Positions 13,715-26,721 of a stretch of DNA of 64,000 nucleotides are shown in pieces. Source of the stretch: Felis catus (Eukaryota); NCBI RefSeq assembly GCF_018350175.1, contig NC_058368.1:139936001-140000000 (forward strand), read 5' to 3'. The first letter of the stretch is position 1. Each line of letters begins with the position of its first letter. Below the pieces are notes generated by a model. That model worked only from the letters and a program-made list of their open reading frames with translations, was not told where the DNA came from and ran no database searches. A program made the translations under genes and the position numbers.

Positions 13715-13970
13715 CTGTCTTAGGTCATATTTCTCCAGATGGAGGTTTATGTGTAAGAAGTTTCTTTGGAAGAGCTGTTGAGAATAATACTTGCAAGGGA
13801 GTAAGGGAAGCAGGATTGGGCAGAGGAAAAAGTTACCACAAGATGCATTGCAGCAGTCAATTCTGCTGATTCTTCCTGGAGCTCAGAAGCTAGGATGACC
13901 CTTCAGAGATGTTCTGAATTCAGGCAAGGGAGCCAGGCATTGACAGTCATTGTATGCTGGTTGATTCCAG
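13715..13970. mobile_element. Old MaLR LTR fragment (MLT1-type)
   Basis: tgtcttaggtc...gggaagcaggattgggcagagg...gaagctaggatgacccttcagag. Confidence 0.55.
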
Positions 13971-13974
13971 TGAC

Positions 13975-14130
13975 ACCCTATGAGAAGAGTGTTACTGTTC
14001 CTACCACTTAACATCTGGAAATCAGGGCCTAGTGAAGTTAGGTGGTACATGGCTAGTATGTACCAAAGGCAGGTTTTGAACCCAGGAGGGCTCAGGTAAA
14101 GGACCCATAATTATAACACTCCTCTGCTTG
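13975..14130 (-). mobile_element. MIR SINE fragment
   Basis: ccctatgag...ggaaatcaggg...ggttttgaacccagg resembles the antisense MIR core. Confidence 0.55.
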
Positions 14131-14544
14131 TCTTGCATTTATCTCTCAGAGATAATTACCTAGTCGTTTTAGTTCCTGAAATTCCTTATATTTAAAAAGG
14201 TGATGTAAATGTTATACCTGCTCCCTCACTGATAAAATGTCAGTTATATGGGATTAAGTCTGGGTTTCTTTGCTTAGTTTCCCCAGTAGCCTTTTACAGT
14301 TAGAAGTTGGCATGCTGCTATGACCAGATTTTTTTTCTATGCAGAGAAGGAAAAGAATTATACTTTTCTCTTCCCCCAAGCATAAGTACTGTCTCTCCAC
14401 AATTATTGAATTTCATGGTTCACCTCTAATAAGGCATGAACCATGGAAACTGAACATCTACCTAATCCCCATGACAGAGCTGTTCTATAGCAATGGAATT
14501 CTGTATAGCTGAAGGCTTGCTTGTTCTTGCCATGAAATAAACTT

Positions 14545-15875
14545 GTTATTGGAACTCTCATTTTTTGCTGGTAGGAGTGCAAAATAGTACAGCCACTTTG
14601 GAAGACAGTTTGGCAGTTTCTCACAAAGCTAAACATAGTTTTACCCATATGACCCAGAAATATCACTATTAGGTATTTACACAAATGAGTTGAAAACTTA
14701 TGTCTGCACAGAATCCTGCACATAAATGTTTATAACAGCTTTATTCATGATTTACAAAAGCTGTGTGCGACTAAGATATCCTTTGATAGGTGAATGGATA
14801 AACAAACTGCGGTATATTCATACAATGCAATATAATTCAATGATGAAAAGAAATGGGCTATTAAGCCATAAAAAGACATGAAGGAAACTTAAATGTATAT
14901 TGCTAAATGAAAGAAGCAAATCTGAAAAGGCTATATATTGTAGGATTAGAACCATATGACATTTTGGAAAGACGAAACTATATAGATAGTAGCAAGATCA
15001 GTGGTTGCCAGGGATTCAAGGGGAGAGTGAGGGATGAATAGGAGAAGTTTAGGAGATTTTAAGGTGCTGAAACTAGTTTGTATGATACTGGAGTAGTGGA
15101 TGCATGACGTTATGCATTTGTCTAAACCGATAGAGCTTTACAGAACAAAGAGTGAACCTTAATGTATGAGAATTATAAAAAATTATCTAGGAGGTCAGGG
15201 GATTCATGCATGGAATGCAGACTGTGATGAGAGAATCCAAATGTATTACAGTTGTTTTAAACAATCTTACTCAATTGAGTAGAGTTAAGTAATTTGGAGA
15301 GAAGGACTCTGTAAAACTAAAGGCAAAAGAAACTGTACCCTACTTGATAAAGGTATGTCCATGGGGGTGCAGTTCTGATACTACTGTACATATACACTAG
15401 AATAATTAAGTATCTCCCATGCAGAAGAATTTCAAATGATTTGTGTAGGTACTTTGTGCTAAATGAGGGGGGAACATAAAAACAAAATGTTTGTTTATGT
15501 ATTTATTTTTGAGAGAGAACAAACATGAGTTGGGGGAGGGGCAGAGAGAGGGAGAGAGAAAATCCTGAGCAGGCTCCAGGCTGTCCGCACAGAGCCCAAG
15601 GTGGGGCTCAATGTCAAAGAAAAAGGAGATCATGACTTGAGCCCAGATCAAGAATCTGACACTTAAACGACTGAGCTACCCAGGCGCCCCACTCCTTACT
15701 CCTTTAGTGTTCACTCTGCATAGTGACTTCCTTCCAAAGAGCACGGTAGGGAAAGGGGTGGGGGAGAATAGCAGGAAGAGTAACTTTACAGTGGAGAAAC
15801 CTGAAAAACACTACTTCAGCTAGATGATCAGGGTCAACATCAGTGGTCTGAAATCATATTGATAGAATGTGCCTG
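14545..15875 (+). mobile_element. L1MC-like 3' end interrupted by a SINE
   Basis: ORF2 C-terminal and 3'UTR motifs gtacagccactttggaagacagtttggcagtttc; agtggttgccagggatt; taactttacagtggagaaacctg. Confidence 0.85.
15487..15690 (-). mobile_element. CAN-SINE
   Basis: Antisense head ctacccaggcgcccc and (GA)n tract. Confidence 0.9.
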
Positions 15876-17149
15876 CTTCTTTTAGGACTAAGACTTAACT
15901 TCCCTTCATCAGATTTACATTTCACAGAATCAAAGGTGATATACTATTTCAAAACTCTCATTATAGAGTCCTTTTCTAATTTAATATAACAGACACCATT
16001 ACACTGGTATTTTTTATGTGTAAAAATCATACACTCATAAGGTAGTTGGGTTATAGGGGAACTTTTTGAACAGTGTGATAAACCCTTACAGTAACAGCTG
16101 TCACCAAAATGATGTGCTGAATGCACTCTAAAAATCTCAGCCTGCCTATTCTTTCCTATATCTTGACCACAGCATCTCTTGACCAAGACAACACTGTTGT
16201 TCAAAAAATGTGATGACAGTGTAGTCAGCAGCTGTGTGCCAAAGTTCCCTGATCTGGAAGTCAGGGCAAACAATCATGCAATGGGCAGGAAGATTATAAT
16301 TGTGGAATCATTGAATTGAAGGTATAGAGATCTACTTGGCGACAGGGAAATAGGACACTTAGGATGTCATATAAAATGGCAGAGAACACCAGCTCTTCAC
16401 TGGCAAATTCAAAAATACTGGAGGTGAGATGTCAGCCTATTCAAATGATTTCTTAAATGATAACTCATGATAAAAATGTGAACTTCCCATTTACATGGGA
16501 GCTTTCCAGCAGTGTCTTTAGTGTTTTACCAAATTTGACATTTATAATGGCCCAACAAAAAGTCATGGCCAGTCAGATTGCCATTAACATGTGCAGTGGG
16601 GCAAATTAAACAAATCTACTTCCCAGTTCAGAGGGAAATCATGTAATTAGAGGCAATTTGGGCATGGCAGAATTTATCATCAGTTAATGTAGGATACCTT
16701 CTCTTGTAATAAGAAGGATCAAGTATTCTCATCATAATAAGGCTATGATATTTTTTGGTGTAAAATAACATCAGAGTTATGCTATGGATTTAGCATGTGG
16801 GTTTGAGGGTGAAAATTAATCCTTATGGTGACAAAATGTGTTTAATGTTTTAGATGCTTTGAGAAAGAATGTGCTAGGTCGAGCCCAGAGTAGAAGATTC
16901 TTTCCATACCCCTGTGTCCCCTCTCTCAGGCCAGAGCCAACAGAGCCCAGTATTTCCCTCAGAGGAGCTGTGGAAATGGATTAATGTATTCAGATTTTTA
17001 AAAACCTCATATAGATATAAGAAAATCTGTCTTATACACAACCAAGAACACATTAATTATTGTATCCAGCTTCAAGTTCAGGCTTTCTGGGTGAAATCCA
17101 TTACTCTTCTAGTTCCGTTATGATTCTGCCTCAACATTCTGAAGTCTGA

Positions 17150-17590
17150 AATGATTCTTTTTTCTTACTCTATGTATAGAAGAGTCATCTATATTGACAC
17201 ATATGTCTCTAAATCATTCCTTTCACCACTATACGAATATGCTATGATTTATGAATTTTTTTCATTTTTATGTTGAAGGGCATTTGAATTTTTCCATTCA
17301 ATTACAAATAATACAGTGGTAAACATTCTTGTGTGTGTCTCTTTGGTCACAAGTACAAGAGTTTTTCTAGGGGACATACCTAGGAGAGGAATAGCTGAGT
17401 TGATGTATATGCATTCCTAACTTTTTCAATTGTTAAGTTGCTTTTCACTTTATATTCCCATCAACTGTGCATGAGAATTTTATTTCCTGACCTCCTCAAC
17501 ACTTGTTATTGGAGATGAATATTTTTGCTTATCTGATGAGTGTGATATGGTACCACATTACAGTTCTTATTTTCCTTTCTCTGATGTCAA
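17150..17590 (-). mobile_element. L1ME-like fragment
   Basis: gggcatttg...aaacattcttgtg...atacctaggagaggaatagctgag. Confidence 0.7.
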
Positions 17591-19798
17591 CTTTTTGTGG
17601 CAGATACTGTTATTAACTCCCTTTTATTGATGGGAAATCAAAGACTTAGAAAATAATTTGTCCACAGCTTCAGTTAGTAGGGGATAGGAACTTAGAAATG
17701 ATTGCGGAGCAATAATTTTAGCTTATGCTTCACTATTAGGTCAATATGTGTTATTCTAATGCAGAGACCACGCAGGGAGTCATATTTTTCTCTTCATTCT
17801 GTCCTCTTCCAGAAGCAGCCTGCCCTCTCTCTGAACTTTTTCCCATTCATCTTTTTAATCCTTTTCCTGTTTCCTTTCTCCCATCTTTTCCTTTCCTTCT
17901 CTCCTTCCCTCAAATCCCTCCCTCCCTCCTTCTTTCCATCCCTATTATTTAAAAAGCGATTTTAGCTGGGTTATCCTGCACAGTGCTCATAGAATTGAGA
18001 AATGGAGTGAATGTGCATGATAAAATCTTGAGAGATTAACTGATTTTTTTCTTTATGTTGTATGTGAAGAAATTACAAACCCACACATCACAGTTGAAAG
18101 GCAAAGAAACAAAGCTGAGTGCATTTGTGGGTATGTAATTTGGAAATGACTGTTAGCAAAAATTCTCTCTGGAGCAGCTGCTTCTGATACACACCACTTG
18201 TCTCTTATAATTAGAACAAAATTTAAGTTTCCTTAGGAACTGAAATGATGCAGCAAATTTATAATTAACAATAAAAAATGTTGAATGGAGAATTGCCCCA
18301 CCTTTCGTTCCTGTGTTAATCTCTCTGTTAAATTTCTTCGGCAAGTTCTATTTTTATCTAAAAAAGAATTACCACCTAAGCAGGTAATGTGAAGAATATG
18401 ATTTGTGAAATAAAATACAAGCTCAGGATGTTCTAAACCTTGCAGTTGGAAGAGCAATGAAGCAAATTGGACTCAGTCACCCAAGCATCAAATTCAGCAA
18501 GTTTCCAGGCCTCAGAGTTTTTTAGAAAGATGAAAAACAGTTCAATCACTGTTTTTATAGAGAATGTTAAAGTTTTGAACTTTATTGTGATACCTTTTTC
18601 CTTACCTAAACAGGAAGTTTCTCCCCTGTGCCTACCCAGCCCCTCTGCATCTTTAGGACATTTTGCCTTCCATGAAGCTGTTTGTGGTTGCCACCATCAT
18701 AGAGAGAAAGATCCTAGACAATAGGGCCCGTGACTTGTTGATCTTTGACTCCTCACAGAAATTAGCACGTTGTCTAACATATAGCAGGTGCACAACATAT
18801 GATTACTGAATTAAGTTAAGCTGAATTAAATTAAGGTAATAGACATCCTGCTTTCTAATTCTGACCATGTCTGTGAAGAACTGGCACTGAATACGCGATG
18901 ATCTGTGATGATTTCAGCAAATCCCTTAATCTCCACAGCTACAAATTCTGGAATACAAGTCTGTTAGGAGAAAAGTGAAAGGGTCCCAGGTGAGATATTG
19001 GGAGTGAGGTTTTGGTTTAGGTTAGCCGGTCACCAGTAGGAATGATTCCATTTCCTGAGGTGCACCTGAATATATGAAGACGGTACCTTATTCTGGGCTA
19101 GGTAGATTCAATCTTGGACAAAATTTATTTTACTTAAATTAAGACTTACAGGGGTTTAAGGGGTGGGGAGTTGAAAAGAATATTCTATAGTTAATTTGGA
19201 AGAAAAACGTGAGAATTCACCAAAAAAATTCTGGAAAGGTAGTAAGGAGTGAAGATTTGCTGGGCAAAGTATTAGAATATATAGTTTTACAACACAGTGT
19301 CTCTGGGGCAGGAGTAGATTGACTTGTTTATGCATTTACCCATTGACATTTAGATTGTTTCCAGTTTTCAGCTAGTATGAATGGAGCTTCTGTGTACATT
19401 CATGTACAATGATTTGTGTGGACGAAGTATTGAGTAAATACCTAGGAGTGGAATTTCTGGGTCTTACAGGAAGGGTAGGTTTAACCTCATAAGAAATTGT
19501 CATATTGTTTTCTGAAGTGTATGATTTTGTATTCCTACCAGCAATGAATGAAATTTTAGTGCTCTACATTCTCTCCAATATTTGGTATTGTCATTATTTT
19601 TAATTTTAACTATGCTAGTGGGAGTATAGTCAATCTCAATGTAGTTTTAGTTTACATTTCCTTTATGACTAATGATGTTGAGACATATGTTTTCCATGTG
19701 CTTATCTGCCAATTTTTACTTGTGTTGTTTGTCTTCTTGTAATTGAGTTTAAGAGTTCTTTATGTATCCTGGATACAAATGCTTTGTCAGCTGTGCAT

Positions 19799-20310
19799 TG
19801 TATTAGGGTTCTCCAGAAAAACAGAACCAATAGAACGTATATAACAGGAGATTTATTACAGGATTAGTTTGGAAGTCAAGTCCCTAGATCTCCAGTATGC
19901 AAGTTTGAGAACCAGGAAAGCTGGTAGTATAAATCCACATCTGAAAGGGGTGAGGATTGGGACTGCTGGTTTAAGTCACTATCTGAGTCCAAAGTCCTGA
20001 AAACCAGGAGCACTGTTTCCAAGAGAAGATGGAGGTCTCAACTCAAGCAGAGAGAAAGCAGATTAATTCTTCCTTTGTCTTTTGTTTTATTTGGGATCTG
20101 AAAGGATTGAAAAAATAAAAAATAAAAAATAAAAGGATTGAATGGTGCCCACCCACTTTGGGGATGGGTCATCTACTTTATAGAGTTCACTAATTCATAT
20201 GCTAATATTTTCTGGAAACAGCCTCAGAGACATACCCAGAAAGAATGTTTTATTAGGTATCCCAGCATCCCTTAGCCCTATTGATTTGACATGTAAAATT
20301 AATGATCATG
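19799..20310. mobile_element. ERVL LTR (MLT2B-like)
   Basis: tgtattagggttctccagaaaaacagaaccaatag ... ttgacatgtaaaattaatgatca is the typical MLT2 sequence. Confidence 0.85.
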
Positions 20311-20696
20311 TATGTATTGCAAATATTTTCTCCCAGTCCTGGTTTGTCATTTCGTTTTCTTAATGGTGTCTTTAGAAAAACAGAAGTTTTTATTTTGATA
20401 AAAGTCCATTTTTTTTGTGGTTCATGCTTTTTATGTCCTACTTAAAGATTTCTGCTTGTATCAAGAGTGTAAAGATTTTCTTCTATGTTTTTCTTCTAGA
20501 AGTTTTATAATTTTTTCTTTTACATTTAGGTCTTCTCTAATATAAGCACTTTAAGCTATAAATTTCCCTCTAAGCTCTGCTTTAGCCTTATCCCACAAGT
20601 TTTGATATATCATATTACCATTTGGTTTGAAATATTATCTAATTTTCTTTGTGACTGCTCCTTTGACCTATGTGTTATTAAGAAGTATGTTGTTTT

Positions 20697-20912
20697 GGGG
20701 CGCCTGGGTGGCGCAGTCGGTTAAGCGTCCGACTTCAGCCAGGTCACGATCTCGCGGTCTGTGAGTTCGAGCCCCGCGTCAGGCTATGGGCTGATGGCTC
20801 AGAGCCTGGAGCCTGCTTCCGATTCTGTGTCTCCTTCTCTCTCTGCCCCTCCCCCATTCATGCTCTGTCTCTCTCTGTCTCAAAAATAAATAAATGTTAA
20901 AAAAAAAATTTA
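20697..20912 (+). mobile_element. Young felid CAN-SINE
   Basis: CpG-rich head ggggcgcctgggtggcgcagtcggttaagcgtccg; TSD aagaa(g)tatgttgtttt. Confidence 0.96.
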
Positions 20913-21208
20913 AAGAATATGTTGTTTTATTTCCAAATATTTAGGAATCTTCCCTATATTTGTCTGTTATTGCTTTAATATTAATTATTAAATATTAATT
21001 TAATGTAATTACCTGTGCCAGAGAAATACTCTATATGATTTCAATCTTTTTAAATTAGGGCCCAGAAAATGGTCTGTTTTGGTGGACTGAATGTGTTTGA
21101 AAAGAATGTTTATTCGTTTTCTGGGTAGTGTATTCTATGTTTACAAGTTAGGTCAAGTTAGTTGGTTGTGTTTTTCAGGTCTTCATCTATACTGATTGTT
21201 TTGTATAC

Positions 21209-21624
21209 TGATATCCCCCGATTCGAGAGACCCCCCGAACACAAACCACCAGAGTCCAGAGCCAAAGCCGAGCGGCAAGGGTCGTTTATTGCAGGTTCGA
21301 ACCCCGTCCTCCGCGCACTCGTCGCAGGTGACACAAGAGGCCCCGAGCAAGAATCTTACAGCTTTTTTATAGACAGGCACAAACAAGTTAGGGATTTTTT
21401 TGAGGTTACAGAGTTGTTATAGGCTGACATTTAAATTTGAACGCTCAGCAGAACTTGATTGGTTCCCGCCTTTATTTCAAACCATTCAGCAGAACTTGAT
21501 TGGTTCCCGCCTTTATGTCAGACTACCACCGGGCACGCCCTGGCTGGTTTCAGGAACAGCGGGGGAAGGGAAAGATTTTTCTTTGTAGTTGTGAGTACAC
21601 CTGGTAACTTTTCTTAGTCTCTCA
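21209..21624 (-). mobile_element. Young class I (gammaretrovirus-like) ERV solo LTR, 416 bp
   Basis: TG...CA termini; perfect 4-bp TSD ATAC (21205-21208 / 21625-21628); on minus strand two CCAAT boxes, TATAAAA (21365-21371) and AATAAA (21285-21290) in U3-R order; many intact CpGs. Confidence 0.9.
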
Positions 21625-22132
21625 ATACTTGCTTTATCAATTACTGAAAGAAAACCATTGAATTCTCCACTTTTTGTATTTGTGTATTTGTCTCTTTTTC
21701 CTTTCTGTTTTTTCAGCCTTTTCTTCAGGCATTTTGAATCTCTGTTACAGGGTACAAACACTAAATAAGTTTTCTGGGACCCAATTTCCAATGTGTGTAG
21801 TGGTTGATTCCCCCCCCCCCCCCCCCCCCCCCGCCCATATCCAAGAATTGTTTAGACTACAATAGCTGGGTGTACTATAATTCAACTCAATTCTCATACT
21901 GTCTACCTGGAAATAGCATCAGATTACAGATTAAAGATTCAGTTTCACAAAATTGACACCCCCCCCCCCCCACTCGCCACATCTCCCAATTTCAGATCCC
22001 AATTACAAGTCCAGGCTGTTACCTGTGCCTCTGACTAATCAGCTACAGATTGGAGGTTACAATGACCGCCTTCAATTCAGGATGCCGATTGCAGGTCTGA
22101 GTTGTTAACTGTACTTCTGACCAACTGGCTAT

Positions 22133-22687
22133 TGAAGGGAAACAGAATTTACCACCCTGAAATATGTTTCTTTGGCACAAGGATTATTTTGGACTGGTTC
22201 TTTTTAAGAAACAGACACAGGAGCTCTGAAAACTGAGTAAAGTTACCCTTTTGTACGAGAAATTTACGTTTATAAGGACATCACCATATGTAAGGATGTT
22301 TCCTTCTTTGTACAAGGAAGAGGATGACTGAATTTCTAAAACTTTTATCAGTGGAGAAGGCCATGACTTAAGTTGGCTAACAACCATACCCGTGTTTACT
22401 GTGCTTTTTCTGGTAGCCTCCCATTACTGGCATTCCCCACCCCCCCCCCCAGCCCCTAACCTCCAACAACTTTCTTTTGTTTTTAGCTTAAGATGGTATT
22501 TAAGGTGATGGTTTGAGCCATTTCTGAAGTTACTTGGTTTTCTGCTATCTCCTATGTATATATAGGAAGCATATATGTTGTTAAACTTCTGTTTGCTTTT
22601 TTCTTGTAAATCTATCTTTTATTATTGGGGGGAGGTCTCAGTCAAAATTCAAGAAGGGTAGAGGGAAAATTATATTACTTCCTTACA
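22133..22687 (+). mobile_element. ERV1 solo LTR (MER34/MER39-like)
   Basis: TG...CA termini; 4-bp TSD ctat / ttat; host ggctat|aaatcagagg is restored on removal. Confidence 0.8.
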
Positions 22688-22900
22688 TTATAAATCAGAG
22701 GTTCTTTTAACTCCCTCCTTGGGTTTGATTAACTTGCGAGTGTGGCTCACAGAACTCAGGAAACCTGTTTACTTACTAGATTACCAGTTTATTACAAAGG
22801 ATATTAAAGGATACAAATCAACAACCAGTAAAGATGTACATAGAGTGAGGTCCCAAACAAAGAAGCTTCTGTTCCCATGGAGTTTGGGGCCTGGTACTAT

Positions 22901-23348
22901 TGAAGGAGCATAAGGCAAGCTAATACCCCGCAAACCCCATTCCCCCCTTGGATGGGATAGGTGTGACATTCCCCAGGCATTCCTGGCTGCCCTAAAGCTA
23001 AGAGAAGGAAGAAACAAATAGTTAACTAATAAAGACCACAGTTATGCAGGACAGGAGTGTGAGTCAGTTTACAAATGTCTTAGTGATTTACAAGACAAAG
23101 GCAATCTTATCAATAGCCTAACAATAGCAAAGCCTCCTGTATCTTGTCAGTCTTCTTCAAAATATGCAAGTCCTTTTGGGAACTTCCCCTTTGCCTTTAC
23201 CACCCACCTCCCACCCACCCTACCCCCCACCCACAGCTCCCAGGTATACAGTCACTCCTCACAACCCCAGTGCAGCTCTTTCTGCTCACATGTCCTGTCC
23301 CCATACTTTAATAAAACCACTTTTTTGCACTGAAGATATCTCAAGACA
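22901..23348 (+). mobile_element. Carnivore ERV1 LTR (CarLTR-like), 3' end apparently deleted
   Basis: Starts tgaaggagc; has a tata-like motif and aataaaacc polyA signal, then jumps back to MER21 sequence with no matching TSD. Confidence 0.6.
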
Positions 23349-25229
23349 TCTTTTAATGGAGGCTTCATTACATAGTCATGACTGATTAAATCATTGGTCA
23401 TTGGTGATTGATTGAACCAGCAACACTTCTCCCATACCTGGAAATCAGGGATTGAAATTTCCAACCTTCTATTCATGATTGGTTCCCTGGCAGTCGACTT
23501 TCCAAACATCACCTCATTAACATAAACCCAGTTGTGGTGGAAAAGGGCTTGTTATGAATAATAAGACACCCATTTCACCTTTATGGCTCTGAAGTGATTT
23601 TAGGAATTGAGGGCAAGAGACCAAATATAACAAAAGATCCTTCCATTGCTCTTAACACTCAGGAAATTCTAAGGTTTTGGGAGTTGTGAGCCAGGAACCA
23701 TAGACTAAGACCAAAAATGTATGAAAAATATATTTTGGTCATCTGAATGTCCAAATAATTATTTCTTATAAATGGTAATATCAAATACAAATCTAGGATT
23801 ATTATGTCATCTTGATGAATTGATCCCTTTATCTTTATGAAATTTGCTTCCTTATCTCTAGTAATATTTCTTGTTCTGAAGCCGCTCCAGGTTCCTAACG
23901 GTTATTGTTTGTGTGGTATATCTTATTCTATACCTTGCTTTTGACTTATTTGTGGATTTCTTTTAATCCACTCTGATAATCTTTGTTTTTTAATTAGAAT
24001 GTTCAGATTATTTACGTTTAGTGTGATTATTGGTATGGTTGAATTAAAAACTACTATTTTGTCACCTGTTTTTTATATTTCTCTTCTTTGTTTCTTTTTT
24101 CCTCTTTTTTGGGGTCAATTGAGTATTTTTTAATATTTCATTTATTTTTACTATTGACTTATTAGCTTTATTTAGTTTATTTATTTTTAGAGGTTGTTTT
24201 CAAGTTTACAGTGTCCATCCTTTATCACTTTCTACTGTGGATGACAGGGTTTACAGCTTTCCCCCCAGTAACTTAAGGTTTTTGTTCCACAGCAGAGAAG
24301 GGTCTAGGTAGGCTTTATGCCTTTCCCAGTCTACCCAGATCTTTCTCATGAGCACCTTTGGAAGTCTATGGAGAAGAACTGCAAGTGGGCATGAGCTCCC
24401 CTTGTGTCTGAAGCTCCCAGGGGGTTCTATGACAGTTACACTAGTCCACAGAGGGCGTTTAACAACTTGTTAAGAATTATAGTTGAATTCTTCTTGCCCA
24501 CTTGTATGGTCCTCAGTGCCTTTTTCTCCTATATTTTGTTACAGGCAAGCTAGTGCTTCCAGCTTCTTGGAGACTCCTGTCTTTCCTTGGCTTTCTGTTT
24601 ACTTGATTGCCCTCTGATCTCAGTCCTCTGATGGGTTAAAGAAAAATTATGAATTTGTACTTCATTCATTTTTCTCTTGTACATGGGGGGGGGGGGAATG
24701 ATACCTTTCCAGCTGCATGATAGGTAGAAACAAAACTCTCTTTAAACAGGAACTAGTAATAGAAAAGCTGAGAAGCCAAATAGGGAATGGTGTGAGCAAC
24801 TAAAAGATTTACAACATGAAGAAGGCTTGGCTGGGAGAGGAAGGGAGGAAGTTCTCCTTGTCCCAGTAGTTACATTACCTAAGCAGCACCTAGAACCTCG
24901 AAGGGTTTATCTGGTAGGAGCTGGAACCACTGAAGAAACCCAGACATCGCTTAAGGTGGCACCTGTGGTGCAGAAGGAGGGAAAAAACAATTTCACTTCC
25001 CCTTGCCATTCGGTTTCTTGACAGTGCCACCCATTGGACAAATCAGCTGTCTCCAACAGACATAGCAGCTTCAAGAATGCAGACTGCAGAGATTAGATAC
25101 CTCCCTTATTAAATAGAACAGAGCAGGTGAAGGATTAAATGTAAAGCTGAGAGCAAACACCCTAAGACCAGCGTGGGGTTAGTCTTTTATTTCTGAATAA
25201 TATGTTTATGCTAACCTACTGATTTTTCT

Positions 25230-25459
25230 TTTTTTTTAATTTAAAAAAATTTTTTAATGTTTATTTATTTTTGAGAGAGACAGAGACAGAATGCAAGTGG
25301 GTTAGGGGGAGAGAGAGAGGGAGACACAGGATGTGAATCAGGCTCCAGGCTCTGAGCTGTCAGCACAGAACCCGACGAGGGGCTCGAACATAGGAGCTGT
25401 GAGATCGTGACCCGAGCCGAAGTCGGATGCTCAACTGACTGAGCCACCCAGGTTGCCCC
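25230..25459 (-). mobile_element. CAN-SINE
   Basis: Antisense head, (GA)n tract, T-tail. Confidence 0.93.
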
Positions 25460-26494
25460 TACTCTACTGACTGTTCAATTTTAGACATTATCTATTGATA
25501 ATCTTTGAAATTTTGTTTTCTTGAACTACTTCCATCCTCCCTTACTCTAAACTTCTATCTTGAAAATATATCACAATTTTTGTCTAAATAAATAGTGGAT
25601 GCTACATTATTGTGAATATGTATGTACACATTGTCCATAGCTGAGCCACATAATGCATTATGATTACATTTCCATTAATTTTTTAAATTTGCAATTAAAT
25701 ACACATAACATAAAATTTATCATCTTACTGTTAAGTATAAAGTTCAGTGGTATTAAGTGTGTTTACATTGTTGTACAACCATTTCCAGACCTTTTTCAAA
25801 CCTGAAAACTTCCCAATTTCCTCTCTCTCCAGCCACTGTCAACCATCATTCTACTTTCTGTTTCTGTGGGTTTGACTATTGTAGATAGCTCGTGTAAGTG
25901 AAATTGTGTATTTGTCTCAGCATAATGTCCTCAGGGTTCATCCATGTTGTAGTATGTATCAGTAGTATATAGTATGTTCCTTCCTTTTTAAGGTTAAATA
26001 ATCCATTGTATGCATGTATCATATTTTGGATATTCACCTGTCAATATTCATTTGGTTGCTTTCACTTTTTGGCTATTGTAAATAATGCCACTATGAACAA
26101 GGGTACACAGATAGCTCCTTGAGACCCTGCTTTCAATTCTTTTGAATATATATCTAGAAGTGGAATTGCTGGCTTATATGGTATTTCTTTTTTTAGTTTT
26201 TTGAGGAAACACCATACTGTTTTTCATAGTGGCTATATCATTTTATATTCATACCAACTGTGTACCCAGAGCTTAATTTCTCCACATCCTTACCAACACT
26301 TGTTACTTTCTTTTGTTGTTATTATTGTTTTTTATAGAAGCCATCATAATGGATGTGAGGTGATATGTCCTTATGATGTTGATTCACATTTCCCCAATGA
26401 TTAGTGATATTGAGCATCTTTTTGTGTATCTTCTTTGGATAAAGAAGACCTTTTCCTATTTTTATATCAAGTTATTTGTTTTCTGTTGTTGAAT

Positions 26495-26721
26495 TAAAAA
26501 AATTTTTTTTTAATGTTTATTTATTTTCGAGAGAGAGACAGAGACAGAGAGAGAACATGAGCAGTGGAGGGGCAGAGAGAGGGAGAGACACAGAATCTGA
26601 AGCAGGCTCTGGGCTCTGAGCTGTCATCACAGAGCAGGACGCAGAGCTTGAACCCATGAACTGGGAGATCATGACCTGAGCCCAAGTCAGATGCTTAACC
26701 GACTGAGCCACCCAGGCGTCC
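26495..26721 (-). mobile_element. CAN-SINE inside a carnivore L1 fragment
   Basis: Antisense head; TSD-like tgttgaatt on both sides. Confidence 0.93.

Larger units (their letters stand above)
21760..23782 (-). mobile_element. MER21-like LTR carrying two nested LTRs
   Basis: Antisense MER21 motifs (attcaactcaattctcatactgtctacctgg; gctcacagaactcaggaaac; gagttgtgagccaggaacc); homologous to the plus-strand copy at 38.5-39.6 kb. Confidence 0.8.

Noticed and set aside
21209..21400. CpG-rich patch containing ggttcgaaccc, suggesting a tRNA gene or CpG-island promoter
   Set aside because: Lies inside a TSD-bounded solo LTR; no tRNA cloverleaf evident
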